In this document: piece after piece, positions 50,490-63,121 of the stretch
Layout of the letters: each line of letters opens with the position of its first letter
Position numbering within the stretch: the first letter of the stretch is position 1
Assembly: GCF_006345805.1 (NCBI RefSeq)
Contig: NC_042997.1
Span: 190,402,001-190,466,000 of the forward strand
Direction of reading: 5' to 3'
Source of the DNA: Octopus sinensis
Taxonomy: Eukaryota
Length of the DNA: 64,000 nt
The notes under the pieces: model-generated
Seen by the model: only the letters and a program-made list of their open reading frames with translations
What the model was told of the DNA's origin: nothing
The model's database searches: none
Position numbers and translations under genes: made by a program

Positions 50490-50615
50490 TAGTTGTAGCA
50501 GCAGCAGCATTGGTAGTTGTAGTAGTAGTAGTTATAATAGTGGTGGTGGTGGTTTTGGTGATGGTGGTGGTGGTGGTGATGTTGTTGTTGGAAGTATTAG
50601 TATTAGTAGAAGTAT

Positions 50616-50649
<34 letters not shown>

Positions 50650-50907
50650 GGTGGTGGTAGTAGTAGAAGTATTAGTAGTAATAGTAGTAGTAGTAGTGGT
50701 GATGGTAGTAGAAGTATGGTGGTGGTAGTAGTAGTAGTAGAAGTGGTGTTGGTGTTGGTAGTAGTAGTAGTATTAGTAGTAGTGTTGGTGCTGGTGCTAT
50801 TAGTAGTAGCAGTAGTAGTAGTAGTAGTATTAGTAGTAGTAGTAGTAGTAGTAGTAGCAGCAGCAGCAGCAGAAGTAGTAGTAGTAGTAGAAGTGGTGTT
50901 GGTGTTG

Positions 50908-50946
<39 letters not shown>

Positions 50947-50964
50947 ATGGTAGTAGTAGTAGTA

Positions 50965-50995
<31 letters not shown>

Positions 50996-51153
50996 GGTGG
51001 TAGTAGTAGAAGTATTAGTAGTAATAGTAGTAGTAGTAGTGGTGATGGTAGTAGAAGTATTGGTGGTGGTAGTAGTATTAGTAGTGGTAGTGGTGTGGTA
51101 GTAGTAGTAGTAGTATTAGTAGTAGTGTTGGTGCTGGTGCTATTAGTAGTAGC

Positions 51154-51203
<50 letters not shown>

Positions 51204-51253
51204 CAGCAGCAGCAGCAGAAGTAGTAGTAGTAGTAGAAGTGGTGTTGGTGTTG

Positions 51254-51295
<42 letters not shown>

Positions 51296-51298
51296 ATG

Positions 51299-51337
<39 letters not shown>

Positions 51338-51600
51338 ACTATAAAAATTTTACTTCTAACTGCGAAGTTACTTAAGAGTGCAATACTGGAAACGTTCAAA
51401 AAAGCAGCAGCAGCCGCAATAACCATCCATGTCAGTACCACAGCTGAATTCACTACCACCACCACCACCACCACTACCACAACCACTACTACTACTACTA
51501 CTAATACCACTATCACTACAGCCGCTTCTGTTACTACCACTATTGCTACTAGTATAACTGCTGCAGCTACTACTACTGCTGCTAGTATTGCTGTTCTTTC
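50490..51600. repeat. (GTA)/(GTG)/(GCA) tract with an internal duplication of about 345 bp, followed by a complementary (CTA)/(CAC) tract
   Basis: Marker motifs such as GTGTTGGTGCTGGTGCTATTAG recur at about 50782 and 51125. Confidence 0.9.
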
Positions 51601-52077
51601 CGCTTGCTCATGCAGCTAATACAGCCACCACCCACACCGTCCTCACCACCACAGCCTCCACCTCCATCACCATCAATAATATTGATTAGTAAAACACAGT
51701 AAGAAATCTGGATTTAATTGCTTTTCGCAACTATTGTGTTTTTTTTTCTTCTTTTATTTTTGTTTGTATGTTTGATTTTGTTTTATTTATTATTTTATTT
51801 ATTATTTTTTTTACTTCAACGAACCGAGACTAACCAGATTTCTTCGATTTCTGGTTCTTGTTCAAGATATTTCACACTCGATTTGGACGGTGGTTGTCCT
51901 TGGCAACCGCATGAACATCACAACAACCTACTGCTTTTCTCCATTTTTAATCTATAACGTAAATTGCTTTTATTTTTGTTTCTTTTATTTAGGGTAGGGT
52001 TATAATATTTTTTTATTTTCCTGTTTTGTTATGTTGTTGTTGTTTTTCTAGTTTCTTACCTATATTTCTACTTGCTA

Positions 52078-52890
52078 AGGCAGTGAGCAGGCAGAAACGC
52101 TAGCACACCGGGCGAAATGCTTAGCAGTATTTCATCTGCGGCTACGTTCTGAGTTCAAATTCCGCCGAGGTCGACTTTGCTTTTCATCCTTTCGGGGTTG
52201 ATAAATTAAGTACCAGTTACGCACAGGGGTCGATGTAATCAACTTAATCCATTTGTCTGTCCTTGTTTGTCCCCTCTATGTTTAGCCCCTTGTGGGCAAT
52301 AAACAAATAAGAAACGTTGGCACGCCTGGCGAAATGCTTAGCGGTATTTCGTCTGCGGCTACGTTCTAAGTTCAAATTCCGCCGTGGTCGACTTTGCCTT
52401 AAATCCTTTCGAGGTCGATTAAATAAGTACCACTTACGCACTGGAGTCGATATAATCGACTTAATCTGTTTGTCTATCCTTGTTTGTCCTCTCTCTGTGT
52501 TTAGCCCCTTGTGGGTAGTAAAGAAATACGTACTTCGTCTGTCTTTACTTTCTGAGTTCAAATTCCGCCGAGGTTGACTTTGTCTTTCATCCTTTCGGGG
52601 TTGATAAATTAAGTACAGTTACGCATTGCTGTCGATGTAATCCTTTTGACTGTCCTTGTTTGTTCCCTCTTGTGGGCAATAAATAAATAAGAAACGTTAG
52701 TGCATCAAAAACAAAATGCTTAACGGAATTTCAGCAGACTTTACGTTCGGAGTTCAAATCCCACCGAGATCAACTTTGCTTATCATCCTTCCGAGGTCGA
52801 TAAAATATAGTCCCTAGAAAGCACTGAAGTCGATATAACTGAGTTGCAACTGGCCCCAAAAATTATTGGCCCTCTGCCAAAATTTGTAAC
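52078..52890 (+). mobile_element. SINE family A multimer (about 4 units)
   Basis: Repeated head and body units in tandem. Confidence 0.88.
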
Positions 52891-53076
52891 CAAATATTTC
52901 CGTTTCTCGGTGATGTAAGGATTGATGTATTCAGGGTCATGTGACGGTTCTTCTTGACGCTGTTATGCTGGTTGTGTCCTTTCATGCACATTTTGTAGTT
53001 TTATGAGAAACACTTTTTATCCCCACAGCTTGTTATATGCCAGTCTGCACTTTCCTGCCTTCAAATCTCATAAAGT

Positions 53077-53376
53077 GGAGGCACATGACCTAGTGGTTAG
53101 AGCAGCGGACTCGCGGTCGATTGATAGCGGGTTCGAATCTCAGACTGGGCGATGTGTGTGTTTATGAACGAAACACCTAAGTTCCACGCGGCGCCGGCGG
53201 AAGGTAATGGTGAACTTCTGCTGACTCTTTCGCCACAACTTTCTCTCACTATTTCCTCATGCATCTTGCAGCTCACCTGCGAGGGACCGGCGTCCCGACC
53301 AGGTTTGCGAACCTATGCGCCAAGGAAACCGGGAAACCGGCCCTAATGAGCCAGGCGTGGCTCGAACAGGAACAAA
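53077..53376 (+). mobile_element. SINE family D with 13-bp TSD
   Basis: CAAATCTCATAAA at 53062-53074 and 53377-53389. Confidence 0.9.
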
Positions 53377-53499
53377 CAAATCTCATAAAAGTTGATTTAA
53401 CCTTTCATCTCCCGGTTTTTGTTAATTTTGATTTATTTTATTTTATTACTTAAGGAAGCTAAATTGAAACTGTCGAACCTTTTAGTTTTAATGTTCTCT

Positions 53500-54295
53500 G
53501 TCTCGGGCTTCGATGGGGGTCAACTCGCTAGCTTACACCGAAGAACATTCGGGCCAGGGCCTATGGGTAATTACCAGAAGTCCCTGTCATGGCAGTGTAA
53601 GAGAGGTGCTTTACCTATTCGAGATAAGCTCTTTAGGCATGGTTCTTCGTCCTCGCCGACTCGTCCAAGATGCAAGCAGGATAGTAAAACTGTTCTGGAC
53701 GCAATTGTACAATGTCCGAAGATTTCGCAACTCTGGGCTTATGTCGAACACCTGCTGTCACATTTCAGAAGAGTACAACTATCGACCGAATCTATAATTA
53801 AGATTGTTCCGCCGCCCTCCCTGAATAGGGAAAAGCAGGCTTGTTTTCTCTCGGTAGTAGCTATCGCGAAAGAGGTAGTATGGAAGACGAGTGTGAACGG
53901 GATCGTGACAGGCATTTTTATCTCCAGTTAACTTTTTCCTTTTCCACATGAAAAGAAAATAAGGCTGGAGAAGAAATGCCTGTCGCACGGTGTGTTTCGG
54001 AAAAGACAGAAGTCTGTAGCAAGTATGTTGAGAGTGAAAGAACCTGTTTAAGCGAGAACATAAAAAGGTAAAATAAAGTCTCCAGTGTGAGAACGTGGTT
54101 TGTGGGGTCAACCACCTCCTTCCGCTTCACTTTGTTAACCATCCGTTTATTTTATCATTATTTTTTTTTGGGGGGGGGAATTTTTAACGGTCATCCTTCA
54201 CTCTGTTACTCTCATTCGATCCCTGACCCGTTGTCTGTTTGCCTATCCTTGCTTCGTCCTCTCTTCATTTAAACCTGTATTTGGTGAATAAAGAA
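53500..54295 (+). mobile_element. Tx1/L1-clade LINE 3' end (zf-RVT region and 3' UTR)
   Basis: SLSWQCKRGALPIRDKLFRHGS...RPRCKQDSKTVLDAIVQCPKISQLWAYVEHLL; AATAAA at about 54287. Confidence 0.8.
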
Positions 54296-54356
54296 GAGTT
54301 TTAATGTTTCCTTCAGAGCATAAGTTCAAATTCCGCTGAGGTCGACTTTGCTTTCA

Positions 54357-54756
54357 GGATCTTTTCGGTTTGAATGACAGTTTTTCTAGCGGTGTCATAT
54401 GAAATTCTCACCCATAATTATGACCCTAGTATCGATCTATTGCATTTCAATCTGTTTTAGGGTTAGGGTTAGGGTTAGGGGTTGGGGGAAGGGTATCTTT
54501 CTTCTTCAGAAATGTAAATAAACCCAATCTGTTTCTTAAACGAGGGACATATTCATACGGCACAGAATGTTTTCACCCCAATAGACGTCATTGATTGGTT
54601 GAAATTGCATAAATTGAAGAAAAAACAACACATATCTTACATACTATAGAATTTTTTCAATAAAGCCAAGAGAAAAAGATGTTTTATAAACACATTCTAC
54701 CAGCATACGAAGTTGGGAATTATTTTAAAAAACTGCCGTTCAAACCGAAAAGATCC
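54357..54756. mobile_element. 400-bp MITE with GG-starting TIRs and 8-bp TSD (Merlin-like, tentative)
   Basis: GGATCTTTTCGGTTTGAATGACAGTTTTT / AAAAACTGCCGTTCAAACCGAAAAGATCC; TSD TGCTTTCA; inserted in a family A SINE; internal (TTAGGG)4. Confidence 0.85.
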
Positions 54757-56225
54757 TGCTTTCATCCTTTCGGGGTCGATAAATTAAGTACCAGTTGCGT
54801 AATGAGGTCGATCTAATCGACTACCCCCTCCTCCAAAATTTCGAGTCTTGTGCCTAGACTAGAAACGAATGTTCTCTTCAGAACCACCAAGAATATATCT
54901 GGATCGAAAAAACTGTTACAAGGCATTTTAATATTCGTTTGAGTATCAATATCGGGTTTTTTCAACTAACAGGCATCCACCTATACCCGGCGCATAAAAT
55001 ATAAGTGGAAACTTTTGCTACTTACCCTATGTATTAGCGGTTTTTTATTTAGGTACAAGACCAGAAATTCTGATGGGAAGGGACCAGTCGATATCAACCC
55101 TGACTGCTACTTTATTTTACTGATCCCGAATAGATGTGAAGTAAAGTTGACCCCTGCGGAAATGCTACTCAGAATGAAATGATCCGGAAGAAATTTTCTG
55201 ATGGTCTAACGATTCTGCAAGCTCATCGTTTCCACCTTATTTAATAATGAAAAGAAAAACCCCAATTTGAATCCATATAATTCTTCTTTTTCCCTCTTTT
55301 GGTGGCGATCAACTTTAGAAAATTGGAAACTATTTCAATCTAATTAGGCATTGCAGCATAACTGCCCACTTCTTAGTCTCCACATTTTCCCAAAGAATGG
55401 AGCATTTGCCAACTGTTTGCGATATACTGCAAATGATCCTGTTACAGCTGAGTGACCAAAAGATAAATAGAAATAACGATAATAACAAATTTCAATAGGA
55501 AAATTTAGAAGAAGAATTAAGAGATATGAGATACAAAGCAATTCAGGAGTTACATGTATTGCACAGAGATACAGAGCAATCCAGGAGTTACATGTATTGC
55601 ACAGAGATAATGGTATAAAGGCTTAGCTGGCAGAAATGTCAGCACGCCGGGCGAAATGTGTAGCCGTATTTCGTCTGCCGCTACGTTGTGAGTTCAAATT
55701 CTGCCGAGGTCGACTTTGCCTTTCATTCTTTCGGGGTCGATATAATCGACTTAATCCGTTTGTCTGTCCTTGTTTGTCCGCTGTGTTTAGCCCCTTGTGG
55801 ATAGTAAAGAATTGGTACAAAGGCTTCGAACATTGACACAAATACAGCAGTTTCAAGGAGAAGCCATATAAAGTAGTAAACTGGTTCTTGTGTAATTGGT
55901 TTCCATGCCTTTAGTGGCATTGAACTACGGATCCATGAATGATGAAAAAGAAACTCGGGTGAATAAGATTTCAACACAGAATGTAAAGAAAGGCGGTAGG
56001 TACAACAAAATTCCTGCAAGGTAGAATCGGTTTAGTGCTTTATGATAATACCTTCTTATGAATTAATTATGTCCTTCTCTCTTTGGTTCTAAGGCCAAAT
56101 GTCATTGGGATCGACATAGCTCTCAAATGAAAATAACCTCAGAAGCTTCGGTTGAATGCTATGGACAACGGGCTATCATCTATAATAGCGTTTCGGTCCA
56201 TTCCCTAATGAAAACTGAAGATACA

Positions 56226-56632
56226 TAGGTGCAGGAGTGGCTGTGTGGTAAGTAGCTTGCTTACAAACCACAAGGTTCCGCGTTCAGTCCCACTGCATGG
56301 TACCTTGGGCAAGTGTCTTCTACTATAGCCTCGAGCCGACCAAAGCCTTTTGAGTGGATTTGATAGACGGGAACTGAAAGAAGCCCGCCGTATATATGTG
56401 TGTTTATATATGTATGTGTGTGTATATGTTTGTGTGTCTGTATTGGTTCCCCCAACATCGCTTGACAACCGATGCTGGTGTGTTTACGTCCCCATAACTT
56501 AGCGGTTCGGTATAAGAGACCGATAGAATAAGTAGTAGGCTTACAAAGAATAATTCCTGGGGTCGATTTGCTCGGCTAAAGGCGGTGCTCCAGCACGGCC
56601 GCAGTCAAATGCCTGAAACAAGTAAAAAGAAA
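56226..56632 (+). mobile_element. SINE family C, full length
   Basis: Colinear with 48230-48645. Confidence 0.9.
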
Positions 56633-56635
56633 ATA

Positions 56636-56910
56636 CTGCACTGAGAAAAGTCAAGGACTTCAAATACCTAGGATTATATGTGAGATCGTCTCAAAGTAAG
56701 AATGCGGCCTTCATGGAACACTTTAAAAAGTATGGTCCATATGTGAGTGGAACTCCAATCTTGCACATCATATCAAGTTCAGTTTCTTATCTACCACTTC
56801 AGAGTGTGTTCCGATATATAATTATGAATGCTGAATCCCGAAGCCTACTCTACAGAAGTCTCCGGACGGTTGTTAGATTGGGATACCGAGTGCTGCACTT
56901 CCTATCAAAC
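56636..56910 (+). mobile_element. RTE-like RT fragment
   Basis: KVKDFKYLGLYV...PTLQKSPDGC...AAL. Confidence 0.55.
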
Positions 56911-56919
56911 AGAATTAGT

Positions 56920-57070
56920 ACTTATCGAAAAACTCTGCACCATGCCACACAAGCAGAACCCCAGTCATGGCGGTCATACCATCTGTGACCACATTTGGTC
57001 CTAACATCTGGTCACCTAACTCCTCAGACCTCAAAGACATTGGTTATTATGTGTTGAGTGTCAAAAGAGA
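56920..57070 (+). mobile_element. maT/DD37D transposase fragment
   Basis: Nucleotide homology to 60630-60750 (GGTCCTAACATCTGG...CAGACCTCAAA...CATTGGTTATTATGTGT). Confidence 0.7.
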
Positions 57071-57597
57071 AATCAGAGGATGCCAGCTCTGATACGCACC
57101 AACATTTCCTTCCTCTCTCGTCCTCCCTTTTATCTTCTCTTTAACATGTTTGTCATTGGACTGCGTCCACAGAGGGGTGCTGCGTTCAAGGCTTTAGTCG
57201 AGCAAATCGTGCGCATTGCGTACTTTTTTTTTATAGTCTGGTATTTATTCTATTGGTCCCTTTTGCTGAAATTGCGAGATTAGTGTCGTAAAAAAAAAAG
57301 ATAAAAACACTGGTTGTTAAGTAGAATAAGACATACACAAGCACAAAGACATACGCAAACACACACACACACACACACATGCACTCACGCACGCACACAC
57401 ATATATATATACATATATACACACACTCACACGCACGACTGGCTTCCTTGCATATTTCACCGACCAAATTCACTTACAAGGCATTGGCCATCCGGGAACA
57501 TAGTAGGAGATACTTGCCGAAGGTGCTACGCAGTGAGTGGAGACTCAACCTGAAACCGCGCCGTTGTAAATCGAGTCTGTTAACTATACAGGCGTTG

Positions 57598-58197
57598 CTA
57601 AGGCGGCGAGCTGGCAGAATCGTTAGCACGCCGGGCGAAATGCTTACCGGTATTTCGTCTGTCGTTACGTTCTGAGTTCAAATTTCGCTGAGGTCGACTT
57701 TGACTTTCATCCTTTCGGTGTCGATAAATAAAGTACCAGTTACGCACTGGGGTCGATATAATCGACTTAATCCGTTTGTCTGTCCTTGTTTGTCCTCTCT
57801 GTGTTTAGCCCTTTGTGGGCAGTAAAGAAATAGGTATTTCGTCTGTCTTTACGTTCTGAATTCAAATTCCGCCGAGGTCGACTTTGCCTTTCATCCTTTC
57901 GGGGTCGATAAATAAAGCACCAGTTTCGCACTGGGGTCGATGTAATCGACTTAATCCATTTGTCTGTTTTTGTTTGTCCTCTCTGTGTTTAGCCCCTTGT
58001 GGGCAGTAAAGAAATAGGTATTTCGTCTGTCATTACGTTCTGAGTTCAAATTCCGCCGTGGTCGACTTTGCCTTTCATCCTTTCGGGGTCGATAAATAAA
58101 GTACCAGTTTCGCACTGGGGTCGATGTCATCGACTTAATCCGTTTGTCTGTGCTTGTTTGTCCTCTCTATGTTTAGCCCCTTGTGGTTAGTATAGAA
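57598..58197 (+). mobile_element. SINE family A trimer, 184-bp period
   Basis: GGTATTTCGTC at 57649, 57833 and 58017. Confidence 0.93.
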
Positions 58198-58901
58198 ATA
58201 TATACAAGCTTTGCTTGCTCTTATCAAGATCACTGAAAAACAAATCGAAACAAGTCCACTTCGGAGGGACAAAAGCCCTTCAGTGGAATTCTTAGCTGTA
58301 ATTTGCATGTAAAAGCTTCTAAACTAGGCCAGTCACCTTTGCTAAACCCACCCTGAATGCGTGACTAGCACAGTCACCAATCCAACATCAGTAGCCCTCC
58401 ACGTTACAGTTGTACCGAACAAAATCCTAAATGGAAAAAATTTTGTGTTTTCGAAATATACACTGTCGATATTTTTATTAGTTCAGCAATGACGTAGTAA
58501 TATTCACAGCACGCAGTGTTGTTGAAGCGAAACTCCAGGCCAACTCACACCAGACACATATAATATGAAAGACGTTCCAACTGTGACCATTCCAACGTTT
58601 TGTAATGTACAGATGCGTGTGTATATGTCTGTGTCTATGTGTGAGTCTGTGTCTGTGTGTATCTAATACATGCAATATATACATGTATATGCAGAAATGT
58701 ATCGGTATGCATGCATTTCGCTATGTATGTTAGTATGTATGGATAGAACTACGTTGAAAGGAAGGCAGACATAAATATATCTATACTAACTAAACTTTGA
58801 CAACCATATCAGTGAGTATGTGTGTGTGTATGTGTGTGTGTGTATGTCTGTCTGTTTGTGTTTGTATGCGTGCATGTATGTATATAATATATATATGAAT
58901 C

Positions 58902-58947
<46 letters not shown>

Positions 58948-59077
58948 ACCGTTGAACCCTTTATTCGCAATATTACCGAATCTGGAACTTAACTATGGTC
59001 TGTCTATAGCACTTCTTATTCAGCATTACCAGACACCTTTGGGTCTCAATGACACCATTATCTCTTATATTTATGTT

Positions 59078-59108
<31 letters not shown>

Positions 59109-59221
59109 ATATAATTTTAAATTAATAAAAAAAGGGTAAAATTTATTAATTGAATTAATTAAATAATCAATCAATTAATTAATAATTTCACCAAGTAGAT
59201 CGATACGTTAAAATAATTTTA

Positions 59222-59262
<41 letters not shown>

Positions 59263-59632
59263 TTATATAAATGTGTGTATGTATATAAGTATAAATGTGT
59301 GTACGAGTGTGCGTGTGTGTATGTATATTCATATATATATATATATCTATATATATATATATATATATATATATTTAAGTATATATATGTGTATGTATAT
59401 TCAGATATATAATTATACATACATACATACATACATACATACATACATACATACATACATAACAGTACGTAATCCAATTTGTTTTTCAGACTGTGGGGTA
59501 TGATGTAGGAACATTCTGCTATCATTCCTAGCACATCGGGCGACCGCATTAATATATTCCTCAGTAGCAGGAGGAAAAGTACTTTTAAATGCAAGCTATT
59601 CGTAGTAGTAGTAACAGCAGTAATAGTAGTAA

Positions 59633-59667
<35 letters not shown>

Positions 59668-59668
59668 T

Positions 59669-59712
<44 letters not shown>

Positions 59713-59892
59713 GCTGTGCGCTGATAATGATGCCAATACACAACAGCTGGTGCAGTTATAAGAATGGTGGTATTGAAGTAAAAACTGTAAAAGAAGTGAT
59801 GTCAGCAGTTGTAGAAGTAGCACTAACAGCAGCAGCAGCGGCGGCGGCGGCAGTAGTGGAAGCAGCAGCAGCAGTAGCAGCGGTGGAGGCGT

Positions 59893-59931
<39 letters not shown>

Positions 59932-60021
59932 AGAATATTTTGTAAACACAAATCTCAATTTATGAGAGTTTATTTGCATATCCGCGTGTTTGTAGATATA
60001 TATATAGATGAATGCATATAT

Positions 60022-60071
<50 letters not shown>

Positions 60072-60154
60072 ATGTGTGTGTGTGTGTGTGTGTGCGCGTG
60101 CGTGTGTGTATAAACAATATATATATATATAATATATATATATATATAATATAT

Positions 60155-60190
<36 letters not shown>

Positions 60191-60192
<2 letters not shown>

Positions 60193-61028
60193 GGGTGCGA
60201 TGGTTAAATTGTCGCCATTTTATATATTCAATTTCGCATATGTGCATTGTTTGTTTTTCATTTTGTCAGTTGGGCACCGTCTGTGAGAAAAACAGTACCA
60301 TGACGCCATTCATTCTGCCAAAAATTTGGAAACAACATGCTGTACGGCTTGGCATTCGTGCTGGAAGCTCCAATCCGAACGTTTCAGTGTGTTTGCGTGT
60401 CAATCTGAGGACAGTGCAATCTGAGTTCATGTACCGAGAGTGATAAAAATCGAACAACCAGTCAACATCATAGTGTTTGGACTAATAAATAGTGATAGCG
60501 ACGTTATGTCTCTATTCATCTCCCCACATGGCCTCTGAATCAACAAAGAGGCCTGCATCAAGTGCCTGGAGGAGATAGTGCTGCCCTTGGTCAAGAGGGC
60601 GGCTACTGGAAGACCCCATACCTGGGAACCATGCCTCACAAGCAGAAGACCAGTCATGGCTCTCATACTATTTCTGCCACCACATCTGGTCCTAACATCT
60701 GGCCACCCAACTCCCCAGACCTCAAACCCATTGGTTATTATGTGTGGAGGCGCAGTTGAGCAAGAGACCAACAAAACTCCTTGTAAGACCGAAGACGAAT
60801 TGAAGGCAAGGACTATGTTAGAATTCACCAATGAAAACAAGGAGATCGTCCAGAAGTGTTGCAGGAGATACCGAAGTCCTCTAGAAACCGTGGATGAAGC
60901 TAACAACAATTTTATTGAATAAATTTATTCTTTGGTATTTCAAGATATTTTAATGTAGTTTTGGTAAATATATCTGTTGAAATGAGACGTCAGTGTTATT
61001 TTAATATTTACGGAATGTAGACGATACC

Positions 61029-61031
<3 letters not shown>
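60191..61031 (+). mobile_element. Internally deleted Tc1/mariner element of maT (DD37D) type
   Basis: N-terminal MTPFILPKIWKQHAVRLGIRAG; catalytic part IEQPVNIIVFG...PNIWPPNSPDLKPIGYYVW...KTPCKTEDELKAR; degenerate (C)AGGGT...ACCCTG-TA termini. Confidence 0.85.
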
Positions 61032-61103
<72 letters not shown>

Positions 61104-61282
61104 GCATGTATGTACATGCTTATATGTATACGTATATATACATATGCTTATGTGGGCACAGGACGTTGTGAAACGTGTATAACAACAACAAAAAATACGA
61201 AGTACGAGTACATGGAATATGAACTATCTTTTCGAACAACGAAATACACAATTGAAAACAAAACAGGCAAAAAAAAAAGAAC

Positions 61283-61347
61283 TTCCCTCCATCAGTTGTT
61301 GGCTGGTTTTGTTCTCTCGTATTTCGAGCATTTAAAACAATATACGA
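61283..61347 (-). ncRNA. Non-circularly permuted hammerhead-like motif, copy 3
   Basis: Minus strand TCGT-ATA-TTGTT-TTAAA-TGCTC-GAAA-TACGA-16 nt-AACAA-CTGATGG-A-GGG; perfect 6-bp stem III and 5-bp stem I. Confidence 0.65.
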
Positions 61348-61879
61348 TTTCGATAAAATACTTCCTCCCGCAAAGCAAATTAAATAAAATTTGGGATTTG
61401 TGGAGGGTCAAAATTGGTAACACAAACAGGACAGTGAAACCAAGCATGAAGGCTGCTAAGGCTAAACGAGGTTGTGGTGGCGAACGCGTAAATCAAGCTT
61501 GGACAGGAGACGGACAAGAAGATGTCTTCCTTGTTCCAGCTACAACGGAGAGAAAGAAAGAAACACAAGTTAGGAGAAGAAAGAAAGATGGCCAATGGTC
61601 ACGTAGAAGCCACGTGAGCAAGGGCGCAGGAGTGAGGGAGAGAGAATGACAGAGTAATAGGATACAATAGTGGCAGAAGATGGTGTAAAAGAATAAGAGA
61701 GAGAAAGAGAGAAAAGTGAAAGAGTAATAAGATCATATAGGGTGTGCATCAGAATTATTAATATAAAACTTACTTGGAAGAGGATGAGTGACGTTCAATC
61801 ATATAATAATATAAATATAAATAATATATATAGATATATGCATATATACATACGTATATGTATATACTTACACCTATAC

Positions 61880-61915
<36 letters not shown>

Positions 61916-61938
61916 ATATATATATATATATATACATA

Positions 61939-62806
61939 TACTTAATCATATCGAAGGGAAATGGAAATTAATAGAAATTTTCACTTCCAGTGGCCTAGAG
62001 TGTAAAAGTTTAGTCCAAAGACTATGTATTACTCATAAAATACAGTGTACATTTAAACACATAAGGAATCCTTTCGTGGGATCCAACACGCTAGAAAGAA
62101 CAGCTAGATTCTATAACCACAAAATTAGGGATAAAATCCGACAGGGACGAAATGGAAATATAAAAACTTTTATCATCTGGTTTCCTTGACCAATTGGTTT
62201 CTGATTTTAGTTTAGCAAATAAATAATATTCGCTAGGTGAAATCTTCTTCAACAGGTACACCTTAGATTAAATATATAAAACACGAGGCGGTCAACTATG
62301 TGCCTTTTGTTTATACATCCTAATTTTTTCAAAATCTACAGCGCAGATGCAGCCCCTCGCCGGCAATAAAATAAATGCCAACTTTTAAAATCCGAAAATT
62401 ATCCAAAAAGCTTACGATACTTAATCATATCGAAGGGAAAAGGAAATTTATAGAAATTTTCACTTCTAGTGGCCTAGCGTGTAAACATTTAGTCCTAAGA
62501 TTATGTATTACTCATAAAATACAGTGTACATTTAAACACATAAAGAATCCACTTGTGAGATTTAACACGGTAGAAAGAACAGCTAGGTTCTATAACCACA
62601 AAATTAGGAATAAAATCCGACAGGAACGAAATGAAAAAATAAATCTTTTACCATCTTGATTCCTGGACCAATTGGTTTCTGATTTTAGTTTAGCAAATAA
62701 ATAATATTCGCTATATATTTAATCTAAGGTGTACATGTTGAAGAAGATTTCACCTAGTGAATATTATTTATTTGCTAAACTAAAATCAGAAACCAATTGG
62801 TCCAGG
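61939..62806. repeat. Diverged tandem duplication (period 479 bp) ending in a perfect 48-bp fold-back
   Basis: TACTTAATCATATCGAAGGG at 61939 and 62418; arms at 62662-62709 and 62759-62806. Confidence 0.9.
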
Positions 62807-63121
62807 TCCATGTTTATGTAAGCATGTAAACTGGTCCATGTTTATGTAAGCATGAATTGATATGTTATGCATGTTTGTGCGTGTATGTCTGTGTGTTTCT
62901 GTGTGAACGCGCGCCCTCGCACAATAAAACCAAATAAGAAAAGTGGAGCAAATGGGCTACCGCCTAAAAATTCACGTACATGGCATTACTCTGACCGAGT
63001 ACACTACTGACAGCAATAGCCTGATACTAGACTCAAACAAGTACCAAGTTTAGTATGATGGAATTAACTCTTTGAAGACGAAGGCTCAGTATATATATAC
63101 GTTCAATACATGTATAGATTA

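Noticed and set aside
54457-54480. Telomere or chromosome-fusion relic
   Set aside because: Only four units, lying inside a TIR/TSD-bounded MITE.
55530-55610. About 38-bp tandem duplication
   Set aside because: An ordinary local duplication with no further structure.
61110-61649. 179-aa ORF
   Set aside because: Starts in a microsatellite, lies in a dispersed repeat antisense to the ribozyme motif, and has no recognisable domain.
62230-62260. CTGTTGA...GAATA as a hammerhead on the minus strand
   Set aside because: No stem II pairing.
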